A stretch of 64,000 nt of DNA from Adineta vaga (lineage: Eukaryota; Animalia; Rotifera), in contig CP075496.1 of assembly GCA_021613535.1 (NCBI GenBank), forward strand, positions 13,206,001-13,270,000, in the 5' to 3' direction. The notes beneath the pieces were generated by a model. That model made no database searches, was not told the origin of the DNA, and was given only the letters and a program-made list of their open reading frames with translations. Shown here piece by piece: positions 53,044 through 64,000 of this stretch. Within the stretch, counting starts at the first letter, position 1. Each line of letters starts with the position of its first letter. Position numbers and translations under genes: made by a program.

Positions 53044-53809
53044 TTAGAGTCTAAATAAATCTCAATTTCTGGGCGTATCTTTTGACAAATCTCAAAATAG
53101 TTTCGGGAGTGGTTGTCAGTAAAATTGATGTATTTTTTTATTCGTTCAACCAGATGCACTAAAAATTTGGATCTCGAGGTTTTCAATGAAGCTGAACAAA
53201 ATCAAAACATAAAATCAAGAAAAAGAAATTTTGACGAGTGTTTCTTCTTTTTAAGAGAGTTTTTTAAAGAATATAGATGCGTTAATCATCATTATAGTTC
53301 TTTCAGAGAGGGGTCAGCGAATCCTACGGATGAGCGTTACTTGTTTTATAGCTGAGTATTGGCGGAATCAAATCTATTTATAATATTTTTACTTTTGTTT
53401 TACTTCTGAGTACGAAAAGGAAAAATATGAAATAAAATGTGTCTACAATACTCTTTTAAAAAGAAACTTCCAAAGAATAATATAGTCCAATTAATTTATT
53501 AAGAATCAATTAAATTATTTCCTATTATTCACATGAATAATATGTGTCATGTTGTTTTCTCTTTCTTTATTTAAATATCACGAACAGATCCTATTTTTGT
53601 CTCTTTTATTCTTTCGTTTCTGACCATACATAGCCTAGACCATGTTATAACGATCGTTACTTTTCTTCTTTCTATTCTCGAAGTTTCTATATTTTATTTT
53701 CATATCGTAAAGTTCGACATATTCAACAACATTCATTTAGTTAGTGACTACTGCTGTTTGTTGTATTCACCTTTTGTTTTTTTTATAGCCTATATTTGTC
53801 TGATTAATT

Positions 53810-55496
53810 CCCAGGTGAATGAAAGCGGCCACGTTTACGGTATGTAAACGTTCCGTAAACGTTTTAAAAACGGCATCTTTACGGTATGATACGGTATCAA
53901 TTCGGACCGTATTTTCAGGCACAGAATTACGTATCGTAATGTGTCCGTTCAGTAAACGTTCCGTATTCGGTGGTTTTCTAGGAATTATCGGATAGCAGAC
54001 GGTAGTATGTTTTACACCACATTGAGGCCGTTTTTGACCGAAAATGGGCCGATTTATATCCGTTTACACGAATCAGTATCTGTCATCTCCACAATAACTT
54101 AATTTTAAATCACCCACCTCATTTATCAATAGCTCTTTGAGTTTGCTTCGAACTATAGTTAGACTTTATTATCACGTTCAATATAAAAAACAATAACAAC
54201 AAAAAACAATATCCAGGACGAGTAATCCGGTTTTCAGATCCGACGGAATCCTGTTAGATTCTCATAACTAAGCTAGATATCGTCTGCAACATGAACACTT
54301 CACTCGTCATTTTATTATATCTAATATATCAATCGCCCATAGTCTGATTGGATGACTGAGTTTTATTCTCATGGTGTTCTTGTAATATATCAGGAAACTA
54401 TGATTTGTTTACCAACTATGGTTTTCATATACGAGCTCGTATACGAGTACTGTAGCTGGTGAAAAAAACCATATTTATCTGACACATTACAAAAACACCA
54501 TCGAAACAGAAATCAGTCAGCTATAGCTAGACTAATCAGCACCACTTACTTGATTCATACTTATCAATAATCTAAGTTTTTAAAAAATTTATTTTAAAAA
54601 ATCTTACTTATTTTTCAACTAATGATTATACTCTAAAAGTAAACAATAAAATTCATTCGAAAAATTCTTACTGTTCAGTTGATTATTATAAATAATCTAA
54701 AAAAAGAAAAGAAAATTTATCTAAATAAAATTCTTACTTACTGTTCAATCTGATTTATTCCATCTAAAATTGCAAAACCAAAATAAATTTTGTCAGTAAG
54801 GTGACCCACCAATATACTCTCTCGTCAGTCACAAATTAGACTAGAGAATAGATCTTTCGAAATTATATGTGAACGAGAAAAACGAACTGACATAATAAAG
54901 ATGCTTCCAAAAAACATCGAAAGCTGATTACATTGAATGTCTATAGCATCTTTTATTTCGTTAGGTATATCTGCCTAGACGGTTGTGGATGTACAAAAAT
55001 ATAAAAATATAAATATAAAAAAACCTTGTGATTCAGTAATATGTATTGAAATTTCTATTCATTATTTATTATTTATATATGTATATTCGAATGTTAAGTC
55101 GTGTGTTTAACTATTTATATTTGAAGTTTTGTATAGATGGCGCCATAATTTGCACAATATATTAATTATATTTTTGTTTTACTTCTCACTCTCCATCTAT
55201 CTAGAAAATTACTTTTCATTTTATAAAAAATAATAATATTGTACAGAATGTCATATACCGGGATCTGTGGCCTTATTAAGTAGGTTTTCAGAAAAAACGG
55301 TTTAAAAACAGGGCGTAATCTGAGTTCCGTTTTCGAATAGAATTCGGTGCTCCGTAATACGGTCCGTAAATGGTGCGAAAAATATCCGTATTTACACCGT
55401 TAACTGCTGTCGGTATACAAAAAAAGTCGGAGATCCGTTTAGATGCCGTTTTTTATTGGTATACTGCCGTTTTCGGTCCGACTCGTTCGACCTGGG
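53810..55496. mobile_element. 1.7-kb non-autonomous element with CCCAGGT termini and TT TSD
   Basis: TT|CCCAGGTGAATG ... CGTTCGACCTGGG|TT; dense ACGG/CCGT subterminal repeats at both ends. Confidence 0.65.
54340..54535. repeat. About 200-bp foldback element with a central perfect palindrome TATACGAGCTCGTATA (54428-54443)
   Basis: Arms GACTGAGTTTTATTCTCATGGTGTTCTTGTAATATATCAG and CTGACACATTACAAAAACACCATCGAAACAGAAATCAGTC are imperfect reverse complements. Confidence 0.6.
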
Positions 55497-55792
55497 TTAT
55501 GACCATGGATTCAACTGCAACAGCAACTTTTGATGAATGATCAAGTATATATATTCAAATGAGAGGATCAAGTGAACATTTACAATTTGTTTATCGATTA
55601 ACTCTTGAATTTCAGCGATATATCCTGATAAGAAGAACAGAAGAATACAAAGATACAACTCCTTATAAATCAAGTGATGAAAGCAAAAACATCGATCTTC
55701 ATTTGTCTGAATTATCGGAAAAGTCTGGTATCTACAGACTTAATGTTCGAATAACCGATAAATCAGGCGTGGTCTTCACAAATAGAAATATA

Positions 55793-55945
55793 CCCAGGTC
55801 AAGCAATAGGGGCCGGTTACGGCAGGAAAGTACCAGAAATCGCTGAAACATAGAAGGAGTATTCCGAGCGGAAATTTTCGGATTTTTTTCCGATAAGTTC
55901 CCACTGGAAAGCACAGGAAATTGATTAGAATTCACCGGAACAAAT
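55793..55945. mobile_element. Truncated end of another CCCAGGTC-terminated element
   Basis: Begins CCCAGGTCAAG, GC-richer CGGAA/TTCCG repeats; no matching second end found. Confidence 0.45.
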
Positions 55946-57104
55946 CAGAAAGAAGCTGCTAAAAATAAACTATATGAAAAGTTCCTATGGACAACGATAA
56001 AAGATAGGTATAAGTCAAGCATTTACATTCTAAAAAAATAAGATTTCTGTTTATTTTACAGTCGAATTTTTTAAATCATCTCACAATATCAAAAGTTCAA
56101 CAGTGAACATTTTAATAAATATCTATCTTTTTCATTTTCAATATATTGCATTTTTCTTCTGTGTTGAATGTGTTTTGTCTATTATTAAAGAATAGTGATT
56201 GCGTCATCGAATAAAAATATTTCATCATAAACTAATAACGATGGTAGCTACATTTCATTACTTTTCTACGGTCTTTTATTAGATTTATATATTCAATTAC
56301 GTGGATTTTAATAAATTTGATGCATCTAAGAATTCTCGAAAGGAGCTCATTATTAACAATACAATGATTTTTTTGAAAAAAAAAGCTGGTGAAGGTATAG
56401 AGTATGGCTATGGGTGAATCCTCTTCTTGAATTATACTTTCTTATTAGTATATAACGGGGTAGTTCTGTATTATAACGCTTTTATTAAAGACTTTTTCAG
56501 AAAATCAAACATTTTATTTCTGCTTTTCCGGTTGAAAAATTGCAGTGTTAAAAAAATATTTGGGATTACTTGCATCCTACTGCGCTCCTTCAAATTAGAT
56601 AGACAAGAAACCTGGAAAGGGTGGATTCATGGAGAATTTTGGTTTCAAAATGAATAATTTTTCACGTTTGTTTGCTGAATATCTTCCGATCGCATTGCGA
56701 TATAGAGATTGGTCCATTTATGCGTTTCATAGTAAGTCAGCTATAAAACTTGCACACCAATATATAAAATACTTGTAGTTTATTTAAATTTATATCAATA
56801 CATTCATTCAGTTTTTTTATGGTACAAAGTTTTGAAACTCGCTGCTGCTCATCGTTGTACTGATCATTTTGGCACAAGGTGGTAATGGTACAGATCAACT
56901 TTTCGCAGCAACATTTTTAATTTATAATTTCAGAACAGAACTCACAAAATACAATACTGCTAAGACAATTCTTTGAACATTAGAAGGTACTAGAAAACAA
57001 GTCCGTCTTTCTCACAGTCGAAGTTTCAGTGAGTTGAAACGACGAACATTATCTATATATATCACAGAAAGAGATTATTTGATACGATAATAAATAAAAC
57101 AGAG

Positions 57105-60100
57105 TCATTTCACAACATTCTTTTGCCATACTTGTTGTAAATCCATTTCTGACACAAGACTTGCTCGATGATGATTCTGTTGTACTAATGATAATCTTTT
57201 GATGTTTTCTTTTGATATTTCTACTTGTTTGTTGTTCTTGTCAAGTAAAGCTTGAGTTCTTAATGATATAAATGATGGATTTCTCAATAAGAGTACTGCT
57301 AAATGCCACTTTCGAATTGCTCTTGATGAATAATCTTTCTTTTTTTGTTTCTCAATTTGAATTGTTGGTAAGATTGAATTATATTGTTGTGCTTTCATTC
57401 TCCCATATAAATAACTTGCACATACTAACATAATTGGATTACGATGAACAGCTTCAAATTGAATAAAACCACAATAAGCAGAAAATCCTGCATCGAATGT
57501 TTCAAGTTTTCTTCCTAAAGGTGAATAATCAAGACGACACATGTATAAAAATCCACCAATGATACTTTTAATGATTCGTATAATCGATGAAACTAAACCA
57601 AGAAATGCATCAAGAAAGAAATTAAAATATAAAAATATCATCAAAACACGACGATTATTGATCGCTAATATATCACCATAATGTTGTAAAAAGACATATC
57701 TTGCTAAAATATTATTTAGATATTGTTTAAAAAAGATTAATAATAGAACAGGTATGATTTTTTTCAGAATTGTTTCAAGAAATTTAACACTACCATATTG
57801 AATAAATGCAGCGATACACATATAGATAAGAAATGCAAATGCTGCTATTAATATATAACCCCAAACAACATAACCAATAAAATATCCTGCAAAGTGAAAA
57901 TTTCCTGTTGTATAACTTAAAAATTTCGATTTATCTCGTTTGGGAATTTCTGAAACATCACCACGAAATATTTGAAATAGATTTCGTCGAATACTTCCTA
58001 ATAAAACCAACAATTGTATTGTTGTGATAACAAATGCTGTTAATATTGCAAGAACATATGGGATAAGAAATTTTGGCATTGGAAAATCTTTTTGTGTTCC
58101 TTGCGAAATATTGTTATAGGCTGTTAGTGCATCGACAATTGTTTGAAGAGTTTTTTCTAGGTCATCTAATAGTGGTACGACAAGTATACACGCTTGTATT
58201 GTTAAAATAAGTAATAGAAGAAGGACGGATGCATAAACAGAAATGATTCGTGCTGAAAAACGAAAATCATCTCGCCATTGATAAATAAATTTTGGTATTA
58301 ATCGTCCAATAAAATATCGAGTTGTTGAACGTTGATGATCTGCTCGAAAAAGATTTCGCACATAAGACATTTCAACAGAATATGGCATTGATGAATGTAA
58401 AAGAACTTTTTCTTCTCGTGTTAGACATAAAGAATTTAGACGATGACCTTGATGACGTTGAATTAATTTATGAATTTTTTGTATTAATAGTATTGGTAAT
58501 TTCACTACTATATATGACCAACATAAATATCGAGGAAGATCAGTTAGAATTTCTATAATTATTAAGTTTTGTCCTGTACCATAAAAAGAAAATAATGTCA
58601 TCAGATCTGTTCCGTTTGTTTCATTGAAATTATCATTTGATGGATAGTAATCACTTTGACATATACTATTATCGATGATTATAAGAGAAAAACCTAACCA
58701 AGCATATAAGGATGCACAAGTTAATGTTAAAATTGTATCGATATAAGCAGCGGATAAAATTGGATAATAACGAAGACCAATAACAATAACTTGTGCGATT
58801 CGTAATAAATAAACAACAATTACACCTAAAATAGACAAGATTTCGATGAGATAAGTGAATAGAATATATTTAAACCTTGATCTTTCGAAGTATCACCAAC
58901 AAGAACTTGTATGACAATACTTAAAAGTTCATCAGCAATAATAGCAAAGACTACAGCAGCAAATTTTCGTTTGACATGTATATAAAAATCTAATGGAATG
59001 ACAGGGCCAATATAACCTTTTAATTTCTTTCGTAAACATGTTGTTCGTTTGGAGAAAATTACGAAAACTAAGACGAGAAAACAAGCAATAGGAAATGTTA
59101 ATAAATTAAAATCACTATAATCGATTATAGCACAAAATGAATTTCTTTGATAGAATAATGGTTCGTTATCATTATATTTCTTAACTAATTCATCATGAAT
59201 TGGTTGAATAAGTAACCATTTAACAATTAATGCAACTATTGTTACAATTACCATAAGAATCGCAGTAAAACATGAGGAAAATCGAGCAGATTGTTTTACA
59301 TTAGCTAATGCAATATGTTTTAAATTTTGATTTTCTGCATTTATTTGATTTACTCTAAAAAATGCAAAGAATATTGACAGTGTTTTTTTAAAAGAGATAT
59401 TCAAATTCTACTTTGGTTTTTCCTTTTTTGGTTGTTGTCTTCTTCGACGAATTGTACAACCAATTGTAAGTCCATAGAAAATAACTATTAGAATAGCTAC
59501 TACGATTCCGAGTGTAATCACTTGAATACCACTACTCGATTCTAGAAAAATTTCAATATTCAATCGAACTATTTAATGTTCAGCATTTTATATATTGTTT
59601 ATAGTAAATTAAAATCTTTGACAGAAAATGCAAGAAAAAGGCTTCTTTCAACTTATGACAGATTAGAAAAATAATGAGAACTTTGTAAAAGTGGTTAACT
59701 CGACCTCTATCAAGTGTTTTCTTTTGATGAATATTTTCTTGTTGGTATCGTCTGAATAGAATAATTATTGAAAAACTATTTATATAGTCACGTATGTTTT
59801 CTTAGATTTCAGACAAATATATATGAAAAACTAGTTTGACGAAAATAAACTTTAACTATAGATAAATAATGACCGAATCAAAACTTACGTTCAGTACAAT
59901 ATGTTCCAATCCACCAAAATTTACATGTACATTCTGCATAGCCATTTACATCATCTGTACAATAGCCATACATTCCACATGGATTATACGTCGAACAATC
60001 TATACAAATAAATAAGTTCCAGATCACAGATCATGTTTTTAAAATTTAAAATAGTTACTTTGGCTTGCAACGATGGTCACGCTCATCCATAGAAATAAGG

Positions 60101-60125
60101 CGCTTGATGTAGCAATGACAATCAT
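57105..60125 (-). CDS. STRA6: STRA6/STRA6-like (RBP receptor family) multi-pass membrane protein with N-terminal signal peptide, EGF domain and an additional TM; exons 60125-60059, 59999-59889, 59541-59412, 59354-58876, 58825-57105
   Basis: FRFSAR, FAGYFIGY..WGY, RLDYSPLGRKLETFDAGFSAYCGF..EAVHRNP, RAIRKWHLAVLLLRNP match the STRA6 family; exon 2 encodes CSTYNPCGMYGYCTDDVNGYAECTCKFWWIGTYC (EGF); splice phases are consistent. Confidence 0.85.
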
Positions 60126-61139
60126 TATTGCCAATGTCGTTTTTCAATAATGTTTAAAAATACGCACCGTCTGCGTATATAAAGAAGACAATTTCTTTTA
60201 ATTTTAGAGAAATTCTTTCATTTCTATATGTCACTTCAGTCTCTTATTCATTTTTTCTCTTGCCATCAAAAATAAACAGAAAAGAATAGAGAAGAAAAAG
60301 AAAACGTAGTTGATGACTTGAGAAGTTGTGATTCAGCCTGTTGTTCAAGAAAAACATTTAATGTTAAAAAGAAAGAATAATTGTGGGAGACAAATATTAC
60401 TCGAATAGGCGTATTTCCATAGGTGACAAAACAAATATTACAACAGATTTTGTCATTCCTTTTCAAATGCACATTTATTATTTGTATTATTCATGCATGG
60501 TACATTTTTGTTTTGAATAAAAATTGATTGAAAAAAAACACGAAACTCATATTTGCAATGCAAATAAATCAGAAACATTCAATTTCTAGTCTGTATGTAA
60601 CACTAATAGGAGTAAAACATTATACACTGGTTGACATATTAGGGAATAGAAGAAATAATCTATATTTCCCTTTATTTGAATGATTTTTTAGTTCAGAAAA
60701 ATAATATTTACCTACCACATTTACGACTGAATCTCTTCTTTTCAAGGTAAGTATGAAAAGCATCTATTTAAGTGCGAAGTAAAAAATTGAATGTTTTCTA
60801 AGTAATTTGTTAAAATTTTCAGTAAAAAAAAGGCATTTTTTAAAATAAAATATTAGAAATTGATAAGTGGATATATAACTCTTGTTAATTAAAAAACAGA
60901 AATTTCTAAATAAAAAATTCTGTGTGTACGGTTAAGGATTCATGTATGCTGCACACACCTACATCCTCACACACCTACATCCTCAAACTCCTACAGCAAT
61001 AATTTTTTCTGGAGCCCACACATTTATTGTATTGCATGAAGAGACATGCATTCAAAGATGACATTTTCTTGGTTTTTTCAATTCATCAAAAGAAAAAATC
61101 ACGAATTTTGATAAATTAGAAAGTAAATTTGTTTTTTTC

Positions 61140-63577
61140 TTAATGTTTTGTGATTGACAATAGTTGATTTATACTAATAGTATTTTGTGAAGATATTTGT
61201 AAGAATTCATTGACGATCTTTTTGAAACTTCCATTTTCGTGTGATGATATTTCGGAATTACTTTGACGTATATCAAAAGCTATGATTGGCGCGATACGAA
61301 TAAAATCTTCAACTGCATTTTTGCGATTCACGTAGTTTGTATGTGACCAACGAATAGTTGCGATAATTAAAGGATGTATTACGCGTAATATTAATGTTTT
61401 AACTTCAATTGCATAGTGTTCCATGGTCAAATCAATTTGAAAGAAATTATTTTGTTCTGGACAAATTGCATTGAAAATCTTTTGTAATTCGATAATATAT
61501 TTATTATACATGAAAATAACTAAATGATCCGAAGCCTTGTTAATTGCACGAAGTATTTCGAATGTGATAGTTTTTCGTTGTTTATCATCAACTTCATAGG
61601 AATTCATTTGAAAAACAGCAATATCATGTTGTTCTAACATTGCATGTTCGATTAAATGTGATTGAATCGTAATCGATTGGCTGAATTTTTGAAAATTTTC
61701 CGCAAAAGTTTGAGTTAATATATTTTGACATTCAGTTCGATTTATAACTAAAGTTTCTTTTTGCCAACGAGAAGCACGTGCAAGAATTGGTTGATAACGT
61801 TTATTTTCGAAAATATCATTCCATTCATTTAAACTTAATTGTTTGATATAATCATCCGATGAGATAGTACTAATATCAGCTGAAGATATTTGTTGGAACA
61901 ATCTTAATACATCATTTATATGAGAAACTATCTTATCTTCAGTGATTGTTATTATTTGTTTCAAACGTGTCTGTGGTAATTCTTCTTCTATAAAATAGTT
62001 TAATTTCTCTTTACATTGATCGAAACCTTGTAATAATGTTCCATATTTTTGAATTTTTGTTTTCACTTGCCGTAATTCAGTTCTATCTCCTTTGGTTTCT
62101 TCGAGTAGAGTTACGTTTGTTGCAACGGGAAAAATATGTTCAGAACGAAACCCTTTTTGTTCAAGTTCGAGTTTTGCTTTTGTATAATGTTCTTGGTATT
62201 TCATTTGTGTTTGACACGAATCAAGTTTTGTGATTATACCAAAAGCACGTTTCATTCCATCGAAATGACCATGTTGTATTTCATTTAATAATTGTATTTG
62301 ATGGTCAGTTAAACTTGGTCGTTGTCCGTCAGTTAGAAAAAGAAATGCATCAGCATCTTGTACAACACGAATGGCGGATAAACGATGTTCAACTATGGGC
62401 GAATCACAACCAGGTACATCTACCAGAATATAATTCTCACCTAAAAGAACTTATCTGTCTACAAATACTGTCGTTAGCAACTCTTTCTTACCAGGTAATT
62501 TGTTTGTGTAGAAAGTAACGTGTTTAACAATATTTAAATATTTCTCATCAGTAATATAAATCTCCAATTCTTTTATAGTTTCTCTACGGTCATTATCGTT
62601 GGATGTATGATAATATTTTGTTAAACTATTTGGTAGAATTGTTTTTTGTTGAAGTTGACAAAGTAATGTTTGACGTTGTTTGAAATCATCATCAGTTTCA
62701 TTCTGTTTCTTGTACAAGTTATCTATGGCATCTTTGAATTCATCGTCATTATAAAATTCAACATCAGCAAATAATGTTGAATCATTTGTGACGAGTGGTT
62801 TAACTATTGTTTTTACTTGAGTACAACGTTCTATTCTATAAATAGATTAAAGAATTGTTTAAATCAAATTAAATAATGAAACAAAAAAGAAAAGATTTAC
62901 TTGGATGGTAAAATTTTAAATCCAAGAAGTGCATTAATAAACGTTGATTTACCAGCTTTTTCAAGACCAATAATACAAATTGTATTGCATTCTTTTTCAT
63001 TTATTTTTTGCATACGTTCTACATGTTCTTTAGTTTGATTTAGTGAATCCAATAAAATATTTATTTGTGCACAATCATTTGTATTTTTATCAACGATATA
63101 TTCTTGAATAACAATCATTGTTGACATAATTTCTAATAGTTCATCAATTAGTTTTTTCAATTTATCATTTGCATGTTTTGTATTTTGTGCTTCAGTAAAT
63201 TGAATTTTCAAATTTGTAACACCTGTCTGTTGCCAGTCAAGTAATTTCTTTAACCGTTGGTAAATAAGTTGACTGGAATTATGATCAGTGATGATATTTT
63301 CTAACTCACCATGTTCCCATTTTTCTCTCAGTAAAGTTTTGTAGAGTTCATGATTTTGTTCATATTTTAGAATCAAATTTTGTGTCCATCGTCCAAGTAA
63401 ATGTAAAAATTCATTTGTATCTACACCGTATTTGGTTATGAAAGAAAAACATTCTTGTTTGTCTTCTTCTATTTGCTTAAAGATCATCTGCGCCACATTT
63501 GTGTCAGTTTTCAATTTTTTTTCAACAGAAGCAGCATCAGATGATCTCTTCTTTGATGTAATAGAGAAGAGCGACAT
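61140..63577 (-). CDS. Dynamin-like GTPase (Dynamin_N, bacterial DLP-like); exons 63577-62901, 62835-62492, 62440-61140
   Basis: G1 IIGLEKAGKSTFINALLG, LPSKIERCT (G2), LVDVPGCDS (G3), IITKLD (G4); helical N- and C-terminal regions. Confidence 0.8.
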
Positions 63578-64000
63578 TTGATCATCGAATAACACGATAG
63601 ACAACTAGTATAGAACAATGCTGTGTTCTTCTTATTGACAGAGTAATGTATCGATAGAGGAAGGTAGTTCTCTCAACAAGGAGTTGTAAAACTTTTCTTT
63701 AAGAATAAAATTAATGGAGAAGAAGAAAAAAATTGTCGTCAGAATTGAAATACTGCTGATGCGTTTTCATAAACCAATAATGAGTCGAGAGGAAAACAAA
63801 AAATAAAATCATTCCATGTTAATAAAGAATTACAGGTCGTAAAAATCTGTCAGAGCAAGAACTTGATAAATGTTATTTTACACATATCTAGTTTTGAGCA
63901 TTTAATCATCGTTTCATTATACTTCATTTATATTCAAGTCAATTCAGCCATCAGTACTAATAGAAATAAAGTCTATAAGATGATAAAAGCTTTTCAAGAA

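Noticed and set aside
56820-57050. hAT transposase-like words (GTRW, RSFSELKR)
   Set aside because: Motifs are far too close together and interrupted by stops; likely chance

Overview
AT-rich eukaryotic (animal) genomic DNA with many short (about 50-60 nt) GT-AG introns. Gene content and style suggest a bdelloid rotifer; this is an inference, not verified. Positions 1-40 kb are gene-dense with almost no transposons: BUD13 (3' part), a Dbx homeobox gene, a class-A-like GPCR, a giant N-acylated FN3 protein, a tandem pair of bacterial-type D-lactate dehydrogenases, an ankyrin protein, a RasGEF1-family gene and a novel secreted precursor with two 4-Cys domains. Positions 40.4-57.9 kb form a 16.7-kb transposon-rich island bracketed by an identical direct repeat of about 750 bp, the 3' CDS of a STRA6-like gene. 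Inside the island is the most striking feature, which the ORF track misses: an intact F-box + LRR gene (44270-47567). Its 18 leucine-rich repeats are each encoded by a separate exon (17 symmetric 84-nt phase-0 exons plus a terminal exon) in a 141-bp exon+intron tandem array. The introns and framework codons are near-identical, the predicted ligand-contacting codons are hypervariable, and the units are mosaic. It is a candidate recombination- or splicing-diversified ubiquitin-ligase substrate receptor. The window ends with an EGF-domain STRA6-like gene and a bacterial-like dynamin GTPase. All gene models were built by eye from GT-AG sites and motif continuity; no database search was run.
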